DNA of 64,000 bases from Protoeuglena noctilucae (lineage: Eukaryota), in the NCBI GenBank assembly GCA_958009085.1, contig OY253673.1, positions 558,001 through 622,000 on the forward strand, written 5' to 3'. Positions 27,947 through 39,731 of this stretch are shown here, piece after piece; position 1 is the first letter of the stretch; each line of letters starts with the position of its first letter. The notes under the pieces are model-generated. The model saw only the letters and a list, made by a program, of their open reading frames with translations, was not told the origin of the DNA and searched no databases. The translations under genes were made by a program, and so were the position numbers.

Positions 27947-30080
27947 ATGCAGGTTTGCACCACGGGCCCGGCGGCCCTTGCGGGCCCCGTGGCGCGCCGG
28001 AGCGCATGTCGGAGCGCTCCGATTGCGGCTCAGCGGGTGCCCCTGGCGGGTGCTGCGGTTGTGCAGCGGGGGGGCCCGGTGGCGCACGCACCCTTGGTGC
28101 CGGCGAGGACATGGGAGGGGGGCGCCAGGACCGCGGTCGTCGCTGCTGCGGCCGCTGCAGGTGACGATCGCGTCTGGCTCCAGCTCTGCTTGGGATCGTG
28201 GGGGCCTACGGAGCCCACGGCTCGCAGAGTGGTCGGTGCCAGGGCCGGGGGAACGATACACACGGCAGTCCCCGGCACTCTGGGCATTTCTACCGTCCAT
28301 CGGGCTTGCCGGATGATAGATTATAATTTGAGGGTTCCAGCATGCCGCGGACATGGCCATGAGTCTTCGCACGGCGCGCGCCTGGGCCCCCGGCCGTAAA
28401 CCCGAGTCTGTGCCTTGCCTGCTGCCCCGGGAGGACCCCGCGCAGGATGTGAGTGTCGAGCACTGTCTTCGCTGCAGATGCCGCTGAGAAGAGCGAGGGG
28501 GGGCTGGGCAAGACGCTGGTGCTGGGCGGACTCTTCGGGGCTTGGTATGCGTTCAACATCTACTTCAACATGTGAGTGGCGGCCGCGCGGACTTGCATTT
28601 TTCATCATATCATTTCAATCGCCGCACATCGGGGCTCAGGAACGCCCTTCATCGGCCCCGTGTTGCCCGGGAGAAGGGGTGGGAATCCCCGCATTTCCGC
28701 GACGCCGCCCGGGCCAGGGGCCGTATTTTGCCGGCGCTCGTGAGTTCCGATTAGCCTAATTTCTTGCACCACACCGATGGCACAGCGTGCGGGCCGTCGC
28801 TGTCGCGGGATGGCCGGCTTTTCGAGCGTCTCTTCGCCTGCCCGACCCGCAGCTACAACAAGCAGGTCCTCAAGGCCTTCCCCTACCCGATGACCTGCAC
28901 CACCATGCAGTTTTTGGTAGGCTCGGCCTTGGCGGGCCTCATGTGGCTCCTGCGCCTGCACCCCGCGCCCGTCCTGACGCGCAAGGGCGTCATGTCCGTG
29001 CTCCCCCTCGCCGTCGTGCACACCCTCGGCAACCTCCTCACCAACCTCTCCCTCGGAGCCGTCGCCGTCTCCTTCACCCACACGATCAAGGCCATGGAGC
29101 CCTTCTTCTCCGTGCTCCTCTCCGCCATCTTCCTCAAGGAGGTCGCCTCCCCCGCCGTGCTGGCCACGCTCATCCCCATCGTGGGCGGTGTCGCCATGGC
29201 CTCCGCCTCCGAGCTCTCCTTCTCCTGGGTCGGCTTCCTCGCCGCCATGGGCTCCAACGTCACGTTCCAGTCCCGCAACGTGCTGTCGAAGGTGAGCGGG
29301 AATGAGGGGCGTTGGGGGGCATGTCCCTGGCTGTTGTTCTTGTTCCTACATGCTTGCTCACCGACATACTCGCATCGTCGCCCTCGTCAGCGCCCCTTGA
29401 CGAGCAGTGACATGCAGCTTTACAGCCATCGCCCCACGTCCTGGCCGCAGCTGCTGATGAAGGAGAAGGTCTACGACTCGATCAACACCTTCTCCCTCAT
29501 CACCGTCTTCTCCGCCCTCATCCTCTTCCCGATCAACCTCGCCCTCGAGGGCTTCAACCTCACGCCCGCCGGCCTCTCCACAATGGGCGTCGCCGACGTC
29601 AACACCGTCCTCATGAGGCGAGTTCCAGAGAGCCCAGAGTCCCTGAAAGCTCAAGAGGTCACTTGAAAGGCTTGTTGCTACCCCTGAGCCGTGTTGCTAC
29701 CCCTCAGCCACCCCTCCGCACCTCTCGCAGGGCCTTTGGCGCTGCGTTCTGCTTCCATGCCTACCAGCAGGTCAGCTACCTGATCCTCCAGCGCGTCTCG
29801 CCCGTGACGCACTCGATCGGCAACTGTGTCAAGCGCGTCGTCGTCATCCTGGCCTCCATCGTGGTGTTCCAGAACCCGGTCACGCGGCAGGGCGCCATCG
29901 GCACGGCCATCGCCCTCGCCGGTGTCTTCGCCTACTCCCAGGCCAAGGTGAGCGCGCTTCGGACAAGGAGCGGTCGGGAAGAGCACGGGTGAACGGCCGG
30001 CACTTAGCAGTCGCCCGTGCTCCACGCCCCCGCAGCGCCTGGGCAAGAAGGGCTCTGCGTCGAAGGCCTCTGCCGAGTGA
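27947..30080 (+). CDS. PPT: Plastid phosphate translocator, phosphoenolpyruvate/phosphate (PPT)-type
   Basis: [89 protein letters not shown]. Confidence 0.92.
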
Positions 30081-30255
30081 CCGGAGACTCCCGTCACACC
30101 TGAGGTGCGCCTCAGAGACTCGCTTCGGCAGCTGGAAGCCATGATAGGGCGGCACCAGGATGGCAAAGCCAATTCAAAACGACGTTCGCAACAGCACCAG
30201 CCACGCGCGACAGCCGTGCCACAGTCGCACTGCCTTGCGCTTCATTGCTTCTCCG

Positions 30256-31037
30256 TCACTTCTTGTCCTCGAGGCCGAACACCTTGGGCAGCTCGCCGCT
30301 GTTGTGCATGCTCATGAGGATGTCGGAGCCCCCGACGAACTCCCCGTCCACAAACACCTGAGGGATAGTCGGCCACTGCAGGAGGAATGGGGCATGGCAT
30401 GAAAGAGAGACATCTGGCGTAACATCGTATCCTAGACAAGGCCCGCCGACGTGCCTGGGTGAAGCTCTTGATGCCCTCCCGCAGCTGCGGGTCCGCCAGG
30501 ACGTTGGCGGATCCATACTTGACGCCGTACGCGTCCAGGATGCGGCACGCCATGTTGGAGAAGCCGCACATGGGGGCATCCGGCGTCCCTTTCATGAAAA
30601 TGAACACCCTGTTGTCCTGCACGTCACGCCACACTGTTGGCGAGGCTCAGCGGCCATTTCCTGGACGAGGGGCTCGCCCACCCACCGCCCAGGCACAAAT
30701 CAGAAACTCACCTTGATGTACTTCTCAATCGCCTCTCGTGCTGGGCCCGCGTCCGGCTTGTACTGCGGCTTGAAGTCGTCGTGAGAGTCGTCTGCCACCC
30801 AGCGCCGGCTCAGTCCCTGCGGGTGTCCGAGGCCCCATATAAATCTCTTTCTCCAGCGCTGAGCAGCGCGAGCAGGGGTCAGAGGGGGCCCAGCCACGCA
30901 AGCCAACTGTTCTGAGACGTGCAGTAGTTGGCGCCGAACATCCGTGCGGGGACACGCCTCACCAATGCAGCGCGCTGCTCCAGCGCCCACGGACGACCCG
31001 CCGCCACCGCCGCGGCCCTCCTCACGGACGCCAGCAT
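30256..31037 (-). CDS. Monothiol CGFS glutaredoxin, mitochondrial type (GRXS15/Grx5-like)
   Basis: [50 protein letters not shown]. Confidence 0.92.
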
Positions 31038-31379
31038 CGTGGGCAACGAGCGTCCCCCAAAAAGTGCACTTCACAGCGTCTACAAGCAGCTACAAGGCAA
31101 GGACGCTCACGATACAAAGACAGGCTGACGCCACAGGAGCGGAAATGACGCCCCGCGTTGTTGGATCGACCCCTTTTTCCCTGATGCGTAGAGGTGTCAG
31201 TGACGCAGCCCTGTACGCCGAGAGAATGAATCGTTAGGAACGCAACGACGCTCCATCCCTTCATCGGCGTCGAGCGTAGTCTCCCCTGTGGTGTGCACCT
31301 TGAGCTCTCAGCTTGCTTGTTGTCCCAATCCGCTCCACCTGCCACGCCTGCAGCGCAGAGCCCCGCGTCGGCGATCGCC

Positions 31380-32320
31380 ATGTTATCAAGAGTCGTCGTA
31401 GATATGCCTTTGGGCCGGCCACCGGTGCAGCCCAATCTCAGTCTCCACCGCCGGGCTGTGCAGATGCGAAACGCGCCTCACCGGTTGATCCTGACCAGGG
31501 GGGTGTCGGCGGGCATGGAGATCGCTGGCGTGTCGATGCGGGTCACGGATGACCGCCTGGGCTTTGAGCGGGGCGCCTTGGAGGCGCTGGAGCGCCACTG
31601 TGGGGCGAAGCCCGACGCGTCCCACGCCGAGCAAGTGCTGCTGGAGGCTGCAGCCGAGCGCAAGCTGCCCCACGAGGTGGTGACAGGTGCGGTCTCCTCT
31701 TGGGGTGCACTCAGATGTAGTGGCCCCCCTGCAGGGTGCAGCATCATGCGTCATGGACGGGGAGAGTAGCTGCCTCCAATCTCTTCTTAGCATTGGCCCA
31801 ACGTTGCACGCTTCTCGCAGGTGCCATGCGGCTCTTGGAGGACGCCTCTGGCACCCTGAAGCCGGAGGCACGAGCGGGAACGCTGGGGAGGTGGCGGCTC
31901 ATCTATTCCGACATCGTCAAGATCAAGGCGCTACGGTACATTCCCTTCGACGAGTATTTGACCATCGAGGACTCGGATTTCGTCCTCGACATCCCCTTCG
32001 GTGACAAAACCTGTGGCGTGGCGCGTGGGTGTGGGTTGGGTGCTGTGGCTTGCGCTGCATTCCGACGCCCGGTCGACCCTGCGTCTCGCCCCTCAGGACC
32101 TCTGCAGTTCAAGTTCGCCTACGGCTACGAGTGGGTGGACGACGCGGCTGCCGCCAAGTTCGGCCTGCGGCGCTCGACGGTCAGGCTCCTGGGCCAGACC
32201 GTGCGGGACTCGGAGGCCCGGGATGGCAACAAGGATCGCGTGTACGCCTTCTTCTACGTCACCGACCGACTCGCGTGCCTCCGGAGCAGCGCTGGCGGCT
32301 ACACGCTCATGGCCAGATGA
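31380..32320 (+). CDS. Hypothetical, probably organelle-targeted protein with a beta-rich, fibrillin/lipocalin-like C-terminal part
   Basis: Exons joinable by GT-AG introns; LGRWRLIYS motif and C-terminal YAFFYVTDRLACLRSSAGGYTLM; no firm family assignment. Confidence 0.55.
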
Positions 32321-32389
32321 AGCGCGATGAAGCGCGACCAGCCGCCGCCAGACCGGCCCACTGAATTGTGCTATGATGGCCCGCGACCC

Positions 32390-33341
32390 TCACCGCCGCT
32401 TCGCCTGCCCCAGCAGCCAGTCCACGGCTTCCCTCACCCCCGAGCCCTGCAGGGCGCTCCCCTTGGCGGCCACCACGGTGCGCCCCTCGCGCCGCAGCAC
32501 CTCGAGGTCCAGCTCCGCCTCGATCTCCTCGAGCGGCCTCGCGTGCGCCGTGTCCTGCTTGTTCGCGAACACGAGGACGGGGGCATCCCTGCGGGTCATT
32601 CAGGAATAAGACTTGTCATAAAAATATTCCGGTTTCAGTGTTTCTTTTTTTGGGCCACGAGACCATGAATGTCGTCACGCCCCCACGCTGTCAGTGTGAC
32701 TCCCGAAGTCTCTAAGACCCAGAGACGGGCGCTACGTGCCGTAAGGGGCGCAGACGTTGCCGATGCTGTCGCTCACCGCAGCGCCGCGTCCCGCACCACC
32801 TCGTGGAGCACGCGGCGCGACTCCGGGAGCCGCTCGACGTCCTCCGAGTCGACGACGTACAGCAGCCCGTGCGCCTCGTCGTAGTACTTGCCCCAAAGAG
32901 CGCGCAGGGCGGCCTGCCCGCCCAGGTCCCAGAAAATGCTGACGGTACGGCCCCGCTCCACCTGCGGGAGCCTGGCCGCGGCTGCGCTCTCGTCCTGGGC
33001 GCCTCTCGCCGTTGCACCCGGTTTCAGAGTCGCGGCATCCAACTCTCACCCTGCCGATGTTGAGCCCGATTGTCGGGACGATGCGCTCGGGCGGCAGCGC
33101 CTGCTCCCCGGTGTACGTCTCCTTCACCTTCTCGAGGGTCGTCGTTTTCCCCGCGTTGTCCAATCCGATGATGAGAAACCTTCGTCACAAGCACAAAGAC
33201 GCAACGACAGCTCAAGCCGACCGCTCGTGCGAAGACCGGGCGCGGCGAATGGCCACGCGCCTCCCAGGAACGCCGCGCGCTGCACCTGTACTCTGTCTTC
33301 CGCAGCAGCAGCTCTAACAGACCATAGATGAGCGTGAACAT
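32390..33341 (-). CDS. ARFRP1: ARF-related protein 1 (ARFRP1-type small GTPase)
   Basis: MFTLIYGL N-terminus (no Gly2), GLDNAGKTT, PTIGLNIG, WDLGGQ, NKQD. Confidence 0.92.
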
Positions 33342-33696
33342 GGGAATGGGAGCTCAGGATATTGCGCACAGGGCCCGCCTGCGTGTGCAGAGGCCCTGCA
33401 TGGCCCCCAATCAGAGATCCGGGGCAGGCGATGTGGCGGCAAGGCGATGCGCGTATGATGAGCGTTGGGCAGGCGCTGGCAGACCACCCCTGTTTTGGGT
33501 CTTGCAGCGGACCCTGGCGCGTCGCGTGCCAGGGCGGCTGTCCGCGCGTGATACGTGCCTTACCTCCCCCCGTCCATCACACGCGTGGAGAAGGACGCCA
33601 GGGACGGCCTAGAGTCTGAGGAGCTCCAGCCAGGCCTGCTAGCCCGCGGGAGTCTGGGAATCTCCTGAGCTCTGCGCGTGCCTGATTGGAATAAGG

Positions 33697-36600
33697 ATGC
33701 AGGTCTCCGCGGGGCTCCGCGCGGGGGCCGCGGGGGAGCGGGCGGCGCCCCGGCACGTCGCGGCCAAGGTGGGCCCTCGCTGGATGCCCACCCGCGCGCC
33801 CGGTTTCCCTGGGGGAGACCGCATGGCCTTTCCCCAAGCGCGTTGGCGAGCCGCGAGGCCCCATCGCCCTCCCGATCGATGCCCCCCGTACGGGATATTC
33901 GCGCGCGGAATGCAACGGTTTCCGCGTTCACCGGGCCTCGAGATCGGTCGCCCCGACTGCCTTTTCGTGTTTAAAGATCGTTGGCATGCGAGGGCGATGG
34001 CGGCTTGCGCGGCGAGAGCCCGCTGCGGCAGATGTTTGGGCGGCTTGTTCCTGGCCGCGCACGCGGCCTGGGCGCGGAGGGCAGTGGGGCCATCGCGAGG
34101 GGCTCTAGACGGGCTTCCGACGCGGCTGGCAGCGCGCCCGGCGCGGGGGAGAGGCGCGGGCTCCAGGCGCGACGCTGTGGCGACGGGGCCTCCCTGCGTT
34201 TCCCGCAGGCGGGGACCGTGATTCAGCCTCCCAAGGACATCCTCATCCCGTCTCAGTACTGCGAGTCCACGTTCCAGACGCGGGTACGGCCACAGCGCGA
34301 TGCACAGCATGCTTGGCACCCCGGCCCGTCTAGGCCCGGCCCGTTTCGTCGCCGGGCCCGACCGCAGCGCGCCCGTCTCTCCCCGCAGCGCCGTAAGACG
34401 CGCACGGTGTGGGCCGGCAAGGTGCCGATTGGGTCGGAGCACCCGATCGCGAAGCAGACAATGACGACGACCGACACGCGCAACGTGGAGGCAACGGTGG
34501 ATCAGGTCATGCGGTGCGCGGAGGCGGGGGCCGACCTCGTCCGGCTGACGGTCCAGGGGAAGAAGGAGGCGGAGGCTTGCTTCAAGGTGAAGGACCGCCT
34601 GCTCCAGAAGGGCTGCGACGTGCCGCTCGTGGCCGACATCCACTTCCAGCCCGCGGTGGCCATGATGGTGGCGGACGCGTTCGAGAAGGTCCGCATCAAC
34701 CCGGGCAACTTCGCCGACGGCGCCAAGAAGTTCGAGACGCTGACCTACGCCACGTGAGCGCACGCCCGCTGCCCCATGCGTGTGTGCCACTGGGCTCAGA
34801 TGCGCGGCCAACCGCGTCGACCCGATCCCTGGACGCCTCGCGGCCGCAGCGAGGACGATTACCGCCGGGAGTTCGAGTACATCGAGGAGGTCTTCACCCC
34901 GCTCGTGGAGAAGTGCAAGAAGCTGGGCCGCGCCATGCGCATCGGGACCAACCACGGCTCGCTGTCGGCGCGCATCCTCTCCTACTACGGCGACACCCCG
35001 GCGGGGATGGTCGAGTCGGCGTTTGAGTTCGCCCGCGTGTGCCGCAAGCATGACTACCACAACTTCCTCTTCTCCATGAAGGCCTCCAACCCCGTCGTCA
35101 TGGTGCAGGCAAGCGAGCGGCTCATGACGTGTATGAGTCGACACGCAAAGGGCTCTCTGCCCACAGACGCATGCCGAACTGGGCGTCTGGCCCACACTCA
35201 CGCCGGCACCCAGGTCGCGCCGTGTCGCTGTGCAAGCGCAGAGACGTTGGCTTCCGCTTTTGTAGCATCGCCGCAGTCGCTCGACGTCCCCATGCCCCCA
35301 TAACGAGACCCTGTGCGCGGCATGCCCTCGCAGGCCTACCGCCTGCTGGCGGCGCGGATGTACGAGGAGGGCTGGGACTACCCCATGCACCTGGGGGTGA
35401 CGGAGGCCGGGGAGGGCGAGGACGGGCGCATGAAGTCGGCGATCGGCATCGGCGCGCTGCTGCTGGACGGGCTGGGCGACACGATCCGCGTGTCCTTGAC
35501 GGAGGATCCCGAGTTCGAGATTGGGCCGTGCAGGTGCGGAGATGGAATGTCAGGCTATCATGGAAACGCACAGATGCTCCGCGCCGAGACGCGACGGGAG
35601 GCACCGCAGCACATGGCCCTGCGCTCGTCACGAGCATGCGTGGTACCAAGCGACGCTCGCCTCCGCCTCTGCAGTTCGCTGGCCCGCATGGGGGAGACGG
35701 CGTGCCGCGACGGGTGGGGCGTGGCGCCCTTCCAGGAGCGCCACCGCGACTTCTCCCAGTTCAACCGCCGCCAGGCCGTCCTGGTGGAGAAGAAGGAGTC
35801 GGACGCGTTCGACTACGGCGCCGTGTGCCACCGGGACGGCACCGTGTTCAGCTCCGTGACCCTCGACAAGCTCTTGGCCAAGCCGGAGCTGGTGTACGCG
35901 CAGCTGGGCTGCAAGATGTCGGTGGGGATGCCCTTCAAGGACATCGCCACGTCCGACTCCATCATCCTCGACCGCCTCCCGGCCGCCGACGACGCCCGCG
36001 GCGCCGTGGCGCTCAAGCGCCTGCAAGAAGTCGGGGTGGGCGTCCTGGCTCCCTTGGCGGCGCTGAAGGCGAATCCCCGGGCGGACGCGGTGGCCATCGT
36101 GTCGCCGAAGGAGGTCGCGGGGCCGCTGCCGGCCGGGGTGTCGCGCGTCGCCATCGAGCTCACGGGGGCCGAGTCGGAGGAGGAGGTCAAGGCGCTCGCG
36201 GGCGTCAGCAACGCCGTGTGCCTGCTCATCAACGTCCCGGCGGGCGTGTCGCGCCTCCACGCCCAGCGCCGCGCCATGGACCTCATCATGGAGGCCGGCA
36301 TCTCCCTGCCCGTCATCAACCGGTGAGTGCACGCGCGGGGGCGACGACTGCTCGGGAGGGACCGCGGGCAGCCATGCGCTGGCCAGTGCAGGGGCGCAAG
36401 CTGACCTGAGCGGCGCACGGTGGGGACTGAGACTCTGTTGCGGCGCGTGTCGAGCTTTATCTACTTACGCCCCTGCCCCCAGGATCTCCTTCCCCGAGAA
36501 GGTCGACCGTGATTCGGTCATCCTCACATGCGGCGCCGAGATCGGCGGCATGCTGGTGGACGGCCGCGGCGACGGGGTGTGCATCGACGCGCCGTGGGAG

Positions 36601-37142
36601 GACCTCACGTTCCTTCGCCTCACGTCCTTCGGGCTCCTGCAGGGCTCCCGGATGCGCAACACCAAGACCGACTACGTGTCGTGCCCCTCCTGCGGCCGCA
36701 CCCTCTTCGACCTCCAGGTGACGCGAGCGCCGCTGCGGATGGTTCCTCAGATGCTTATGGAATGAATGTGACTTGTGCTGTTAGCTGGGGAGTGGCGTCA
36801 CACCAATGCGGTCGAGGGCTCGCCATGTCAAGGGGCTGTGCGCTTGCCTGCCCGCAGGAGGTGACCGAGCAGATTCGCACCAAGACGGGTCACCTGCCGG
36901 GGGTGTCAATCGCCGTCATGGGTTGCATCGTGAACGGCCCTGGCGAGATGGCCGATGCGGACTTTGGTTACGTGGGCGGGGCGCCGGGCAAGATCGACCT
37001 GTACGTGGGCAAGGAGGTGGTCAAGAAGGGCATTGACATGGAGACGGCCCCCGATGCGCTCATCCAGCTCATCAAGGACCACGGGCGCTGGGTGGAGCCC
37101 GAGCCCCAGGAGCAGGAGGCACAGGAGGCGGTCAGCGCCTGA
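33697..37142 (+). CDS. ispG: Plastid HMBPP synthase (HDS/IspG/GcpE), plant-type with insertion domain
   Basis: [92 protein letters not shown]. Confidence 0.97.
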
Positions 37143-37553
37143 GGCAGACCATGATGCTTGTTGCCGTTCGTGCGTTCAGCGCGTCCCACCGCGCCGCGTG
37201 ACGACTATTTGAAGAAGGGAAACGCAACGGGGATCTGGTGAAGGACACCTGGGCTTCTGACACCCCACTGTCGTGTCGAGATCGTAGGACAGGTCACCCC
37301 GCGCGAGCAACGCGTCGCCTGCCATTCCGCCCTTTCTGTCATCGCGAGGTGCATCTCTCCTGCCCCGAGTGTATTGCTCAGAGACCTGCTCAGGCATATC
37401 AGCGACTCAACCCGGGGATTTCGTGCAGCATTTGCTCTGTCAGCGCACCCCGCGAGGTCTGAGCCCTCGGTAGAACCGCGGCTTGGAGGCTGGCGCCTTC
37501 CTACTGAGCGGGGGTGGGGCGGGGCCCCGAGTGTCGCATAGGATTGGGCCGCG

Positions 37554-39154
37554 ATGACGACGGACGCGCCTACAGAGCCGGACGTCGAGCCGTCCGAAGC
37601 CGGGGAGGAGTTCGCCGAGAGTGCCGAGCTTATGGTTGAGGCGGCAGCTCACGGGGACGTCGACACGGTCAGGAAATGCATCCAGAAGGGGCTCACGCCC
37701 CTCTCGTCGGGCCGCGCCGCTCCTGGTTTCACTCCCCTGTAAGTGTGACGTCAAAGCGATGTCTTTGAGAATCCCATGTGGCTGCATCACACTTCTCGAC
37801 GGGATTGTCGCTGTCCGCAGCAGCTGCGCATGCAGGCACCAACCGGCGCCTCGGTCGGCCCCGTCTTTTGCATATCTTTCTCTCATGGCAGCCTTTGTCC
37901 CTCTGTATGCGCAGCATGGCCGCGTCAAAGGCTGGGAAGCACGAGGTGGTGGCCTGGCTCCTCCGGGAGTGCCCGCAGAGGCCCGGGTGAGTTCGCTGGG
38001 ACCCGGCAGCGCGCGAGATGCGGAATGCGATACATGTTTGCTCAATAGCTTCCGATTGTGGATGACGCGGACCCGCGCCGGCCCGCAGGATACGCATGCG
38101 GAGCCAGACCGGCGACATGGCTTTGCATTACGCCGCCATGAGCGGGGACCTGCTGACGCTGAAGATCCTTATTGATGAAAGCGCTCCCATTGATGAGGCG
38201 GGGGACCTCGGCAACACTCCGCTGCACCTCGCCGCGGCGTACGGGCACTCCAGTGCCGTTGCGGTGAGTGGGCGCCCGTAGGACCGCCGGCCGCGCGACG
38301 CCTGCCGCAGTGCGTATAATGCGACGACGGGAAACTAAAGTATCATCGTTTTGGCCTCCCGCAGCTCCTGGTGGCCTCCGGGGCCCCGCTGCAGGCGCGC
38401 AACGCATACGGCAACATGCCGCTGGCTCTGGCGACGGACGTGGAGGCGCGCTCCGTGCTCAAGAAGGCGGCGACGGGAGGCAAGGAGGCGCTGGACGAGA
38501 TACGCGCGCAGGTGGAGGAGGCGTTGTGGGAGGCCTTCAACCACAGCGGGGTGGCCATGCCCACGACCCCTGCCGGCAAGAGCATCGGGTGGGGCACCGT
38601 GATGCGCCCGCCCCGGCGACCAGAAGCTGTGACGGGGGATGCGGAGCCGGACGGCGGCCCCGCGGAGACAACGGAGGAGGACCGCGCTCGGTTGCGGAGG
38701 TGACAACTGCCTCCCGCGTTAGCTGCGGCAGCAGAGGACCTCGCTGCGCCACCCTGGATGCGCAACCTGCAGCGGCGGTGCGCGCAGGAGGGAGGAGGAC
38801 GTGGAGGAGGACCGCATCGACGCGGAGATCGAGCGACTGAGGCGGGAAGAGGAGGAGCGGATACGAAGGGAAGAGGAGGAGCGGCTCAGGCTGGAGGAGG
38901 AGGAACGGCGCAGGTGAGCGACGGAGAGAGCGCCGAACGAATCTCCTGATCAGGTCCAAGAATTGGGTCGGGCTCCCTGATTCCTGTTTGCTTCCTGATG
39001 CTCTGCGTGTTTGTGCGGTCGGATTTCGTGCTGCGTCACCGCACCGCTGTCCCGCTCTGGCTTGGCACGCAGGCTCGAGGAGGAGGCGGCCGCGAAGAAG
39101 AAGAAAAAGGGGAAGGGCAAGGGCAAGGGGAAGGGCAAGAAGGCCAAAAAGTGA
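37554..39154 (+). CDS. Ankyrin-repeat protein with C-terminal charged coiled coil and Lys-rich tail
   Basis: AAAHGDVDTV, GFTPL, GDMALHYAAMSG, GNTPLHLAAAYGH, NAYGNMPL; ends KKKKKGKGKGKGKGKKAKK*. Confidence 0.8.
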
Positions 39155-39731
39155 TCACTTGTGTCGACTACTTGTGTTGATTCAACGGAACCCTGTGCTA
39201 GGGGTTATAGCTAGTGGAACGCCTAGCAGCCTTGCATGGAGCGGCCTTGACGGACCTCACGTACGTAATGAAGGTGCGATGGGTCGGCACGGCGTGGAGC
39301 CTAACGGTCGCTTGGCAAGTGCGGCTACGTGGGGCGCAAGACATGGACGCGGGACGCAGGAAAGGGACTGTAGGAGGAGATGGAAATGCGCAGAGAGGGC
39401 TGAAGGGCCCGCCGCAGAAAGAGCAAAGGTGGATTGTGTCCCTTGCTGCCCTAAACGGTGTGGGGGAGAGCGCCGAGAGTGGAGCCTGACAGGGCGCCGG
39501 TGCACAGGGCGGGATCCACGCCAAGGCACAGCGGCGCGTGTTCCTGTGAGCTCAGTGAGCAAAGGCGACAAGGACACATGTTGGTGCAATAGCAGGCCGG
39601 CGCACGTGGCTGATGGAAAAGGCGAGGGTCGTAGGGGTTAGGGCACTAAACGTGACAACAGGTGTGTCAGAAAGCGGGTGGCGCCGAGGAAGGCGCGCCG
39701 TCCGCGAGGTGGGAGCCAGCAACAGTGCCGC

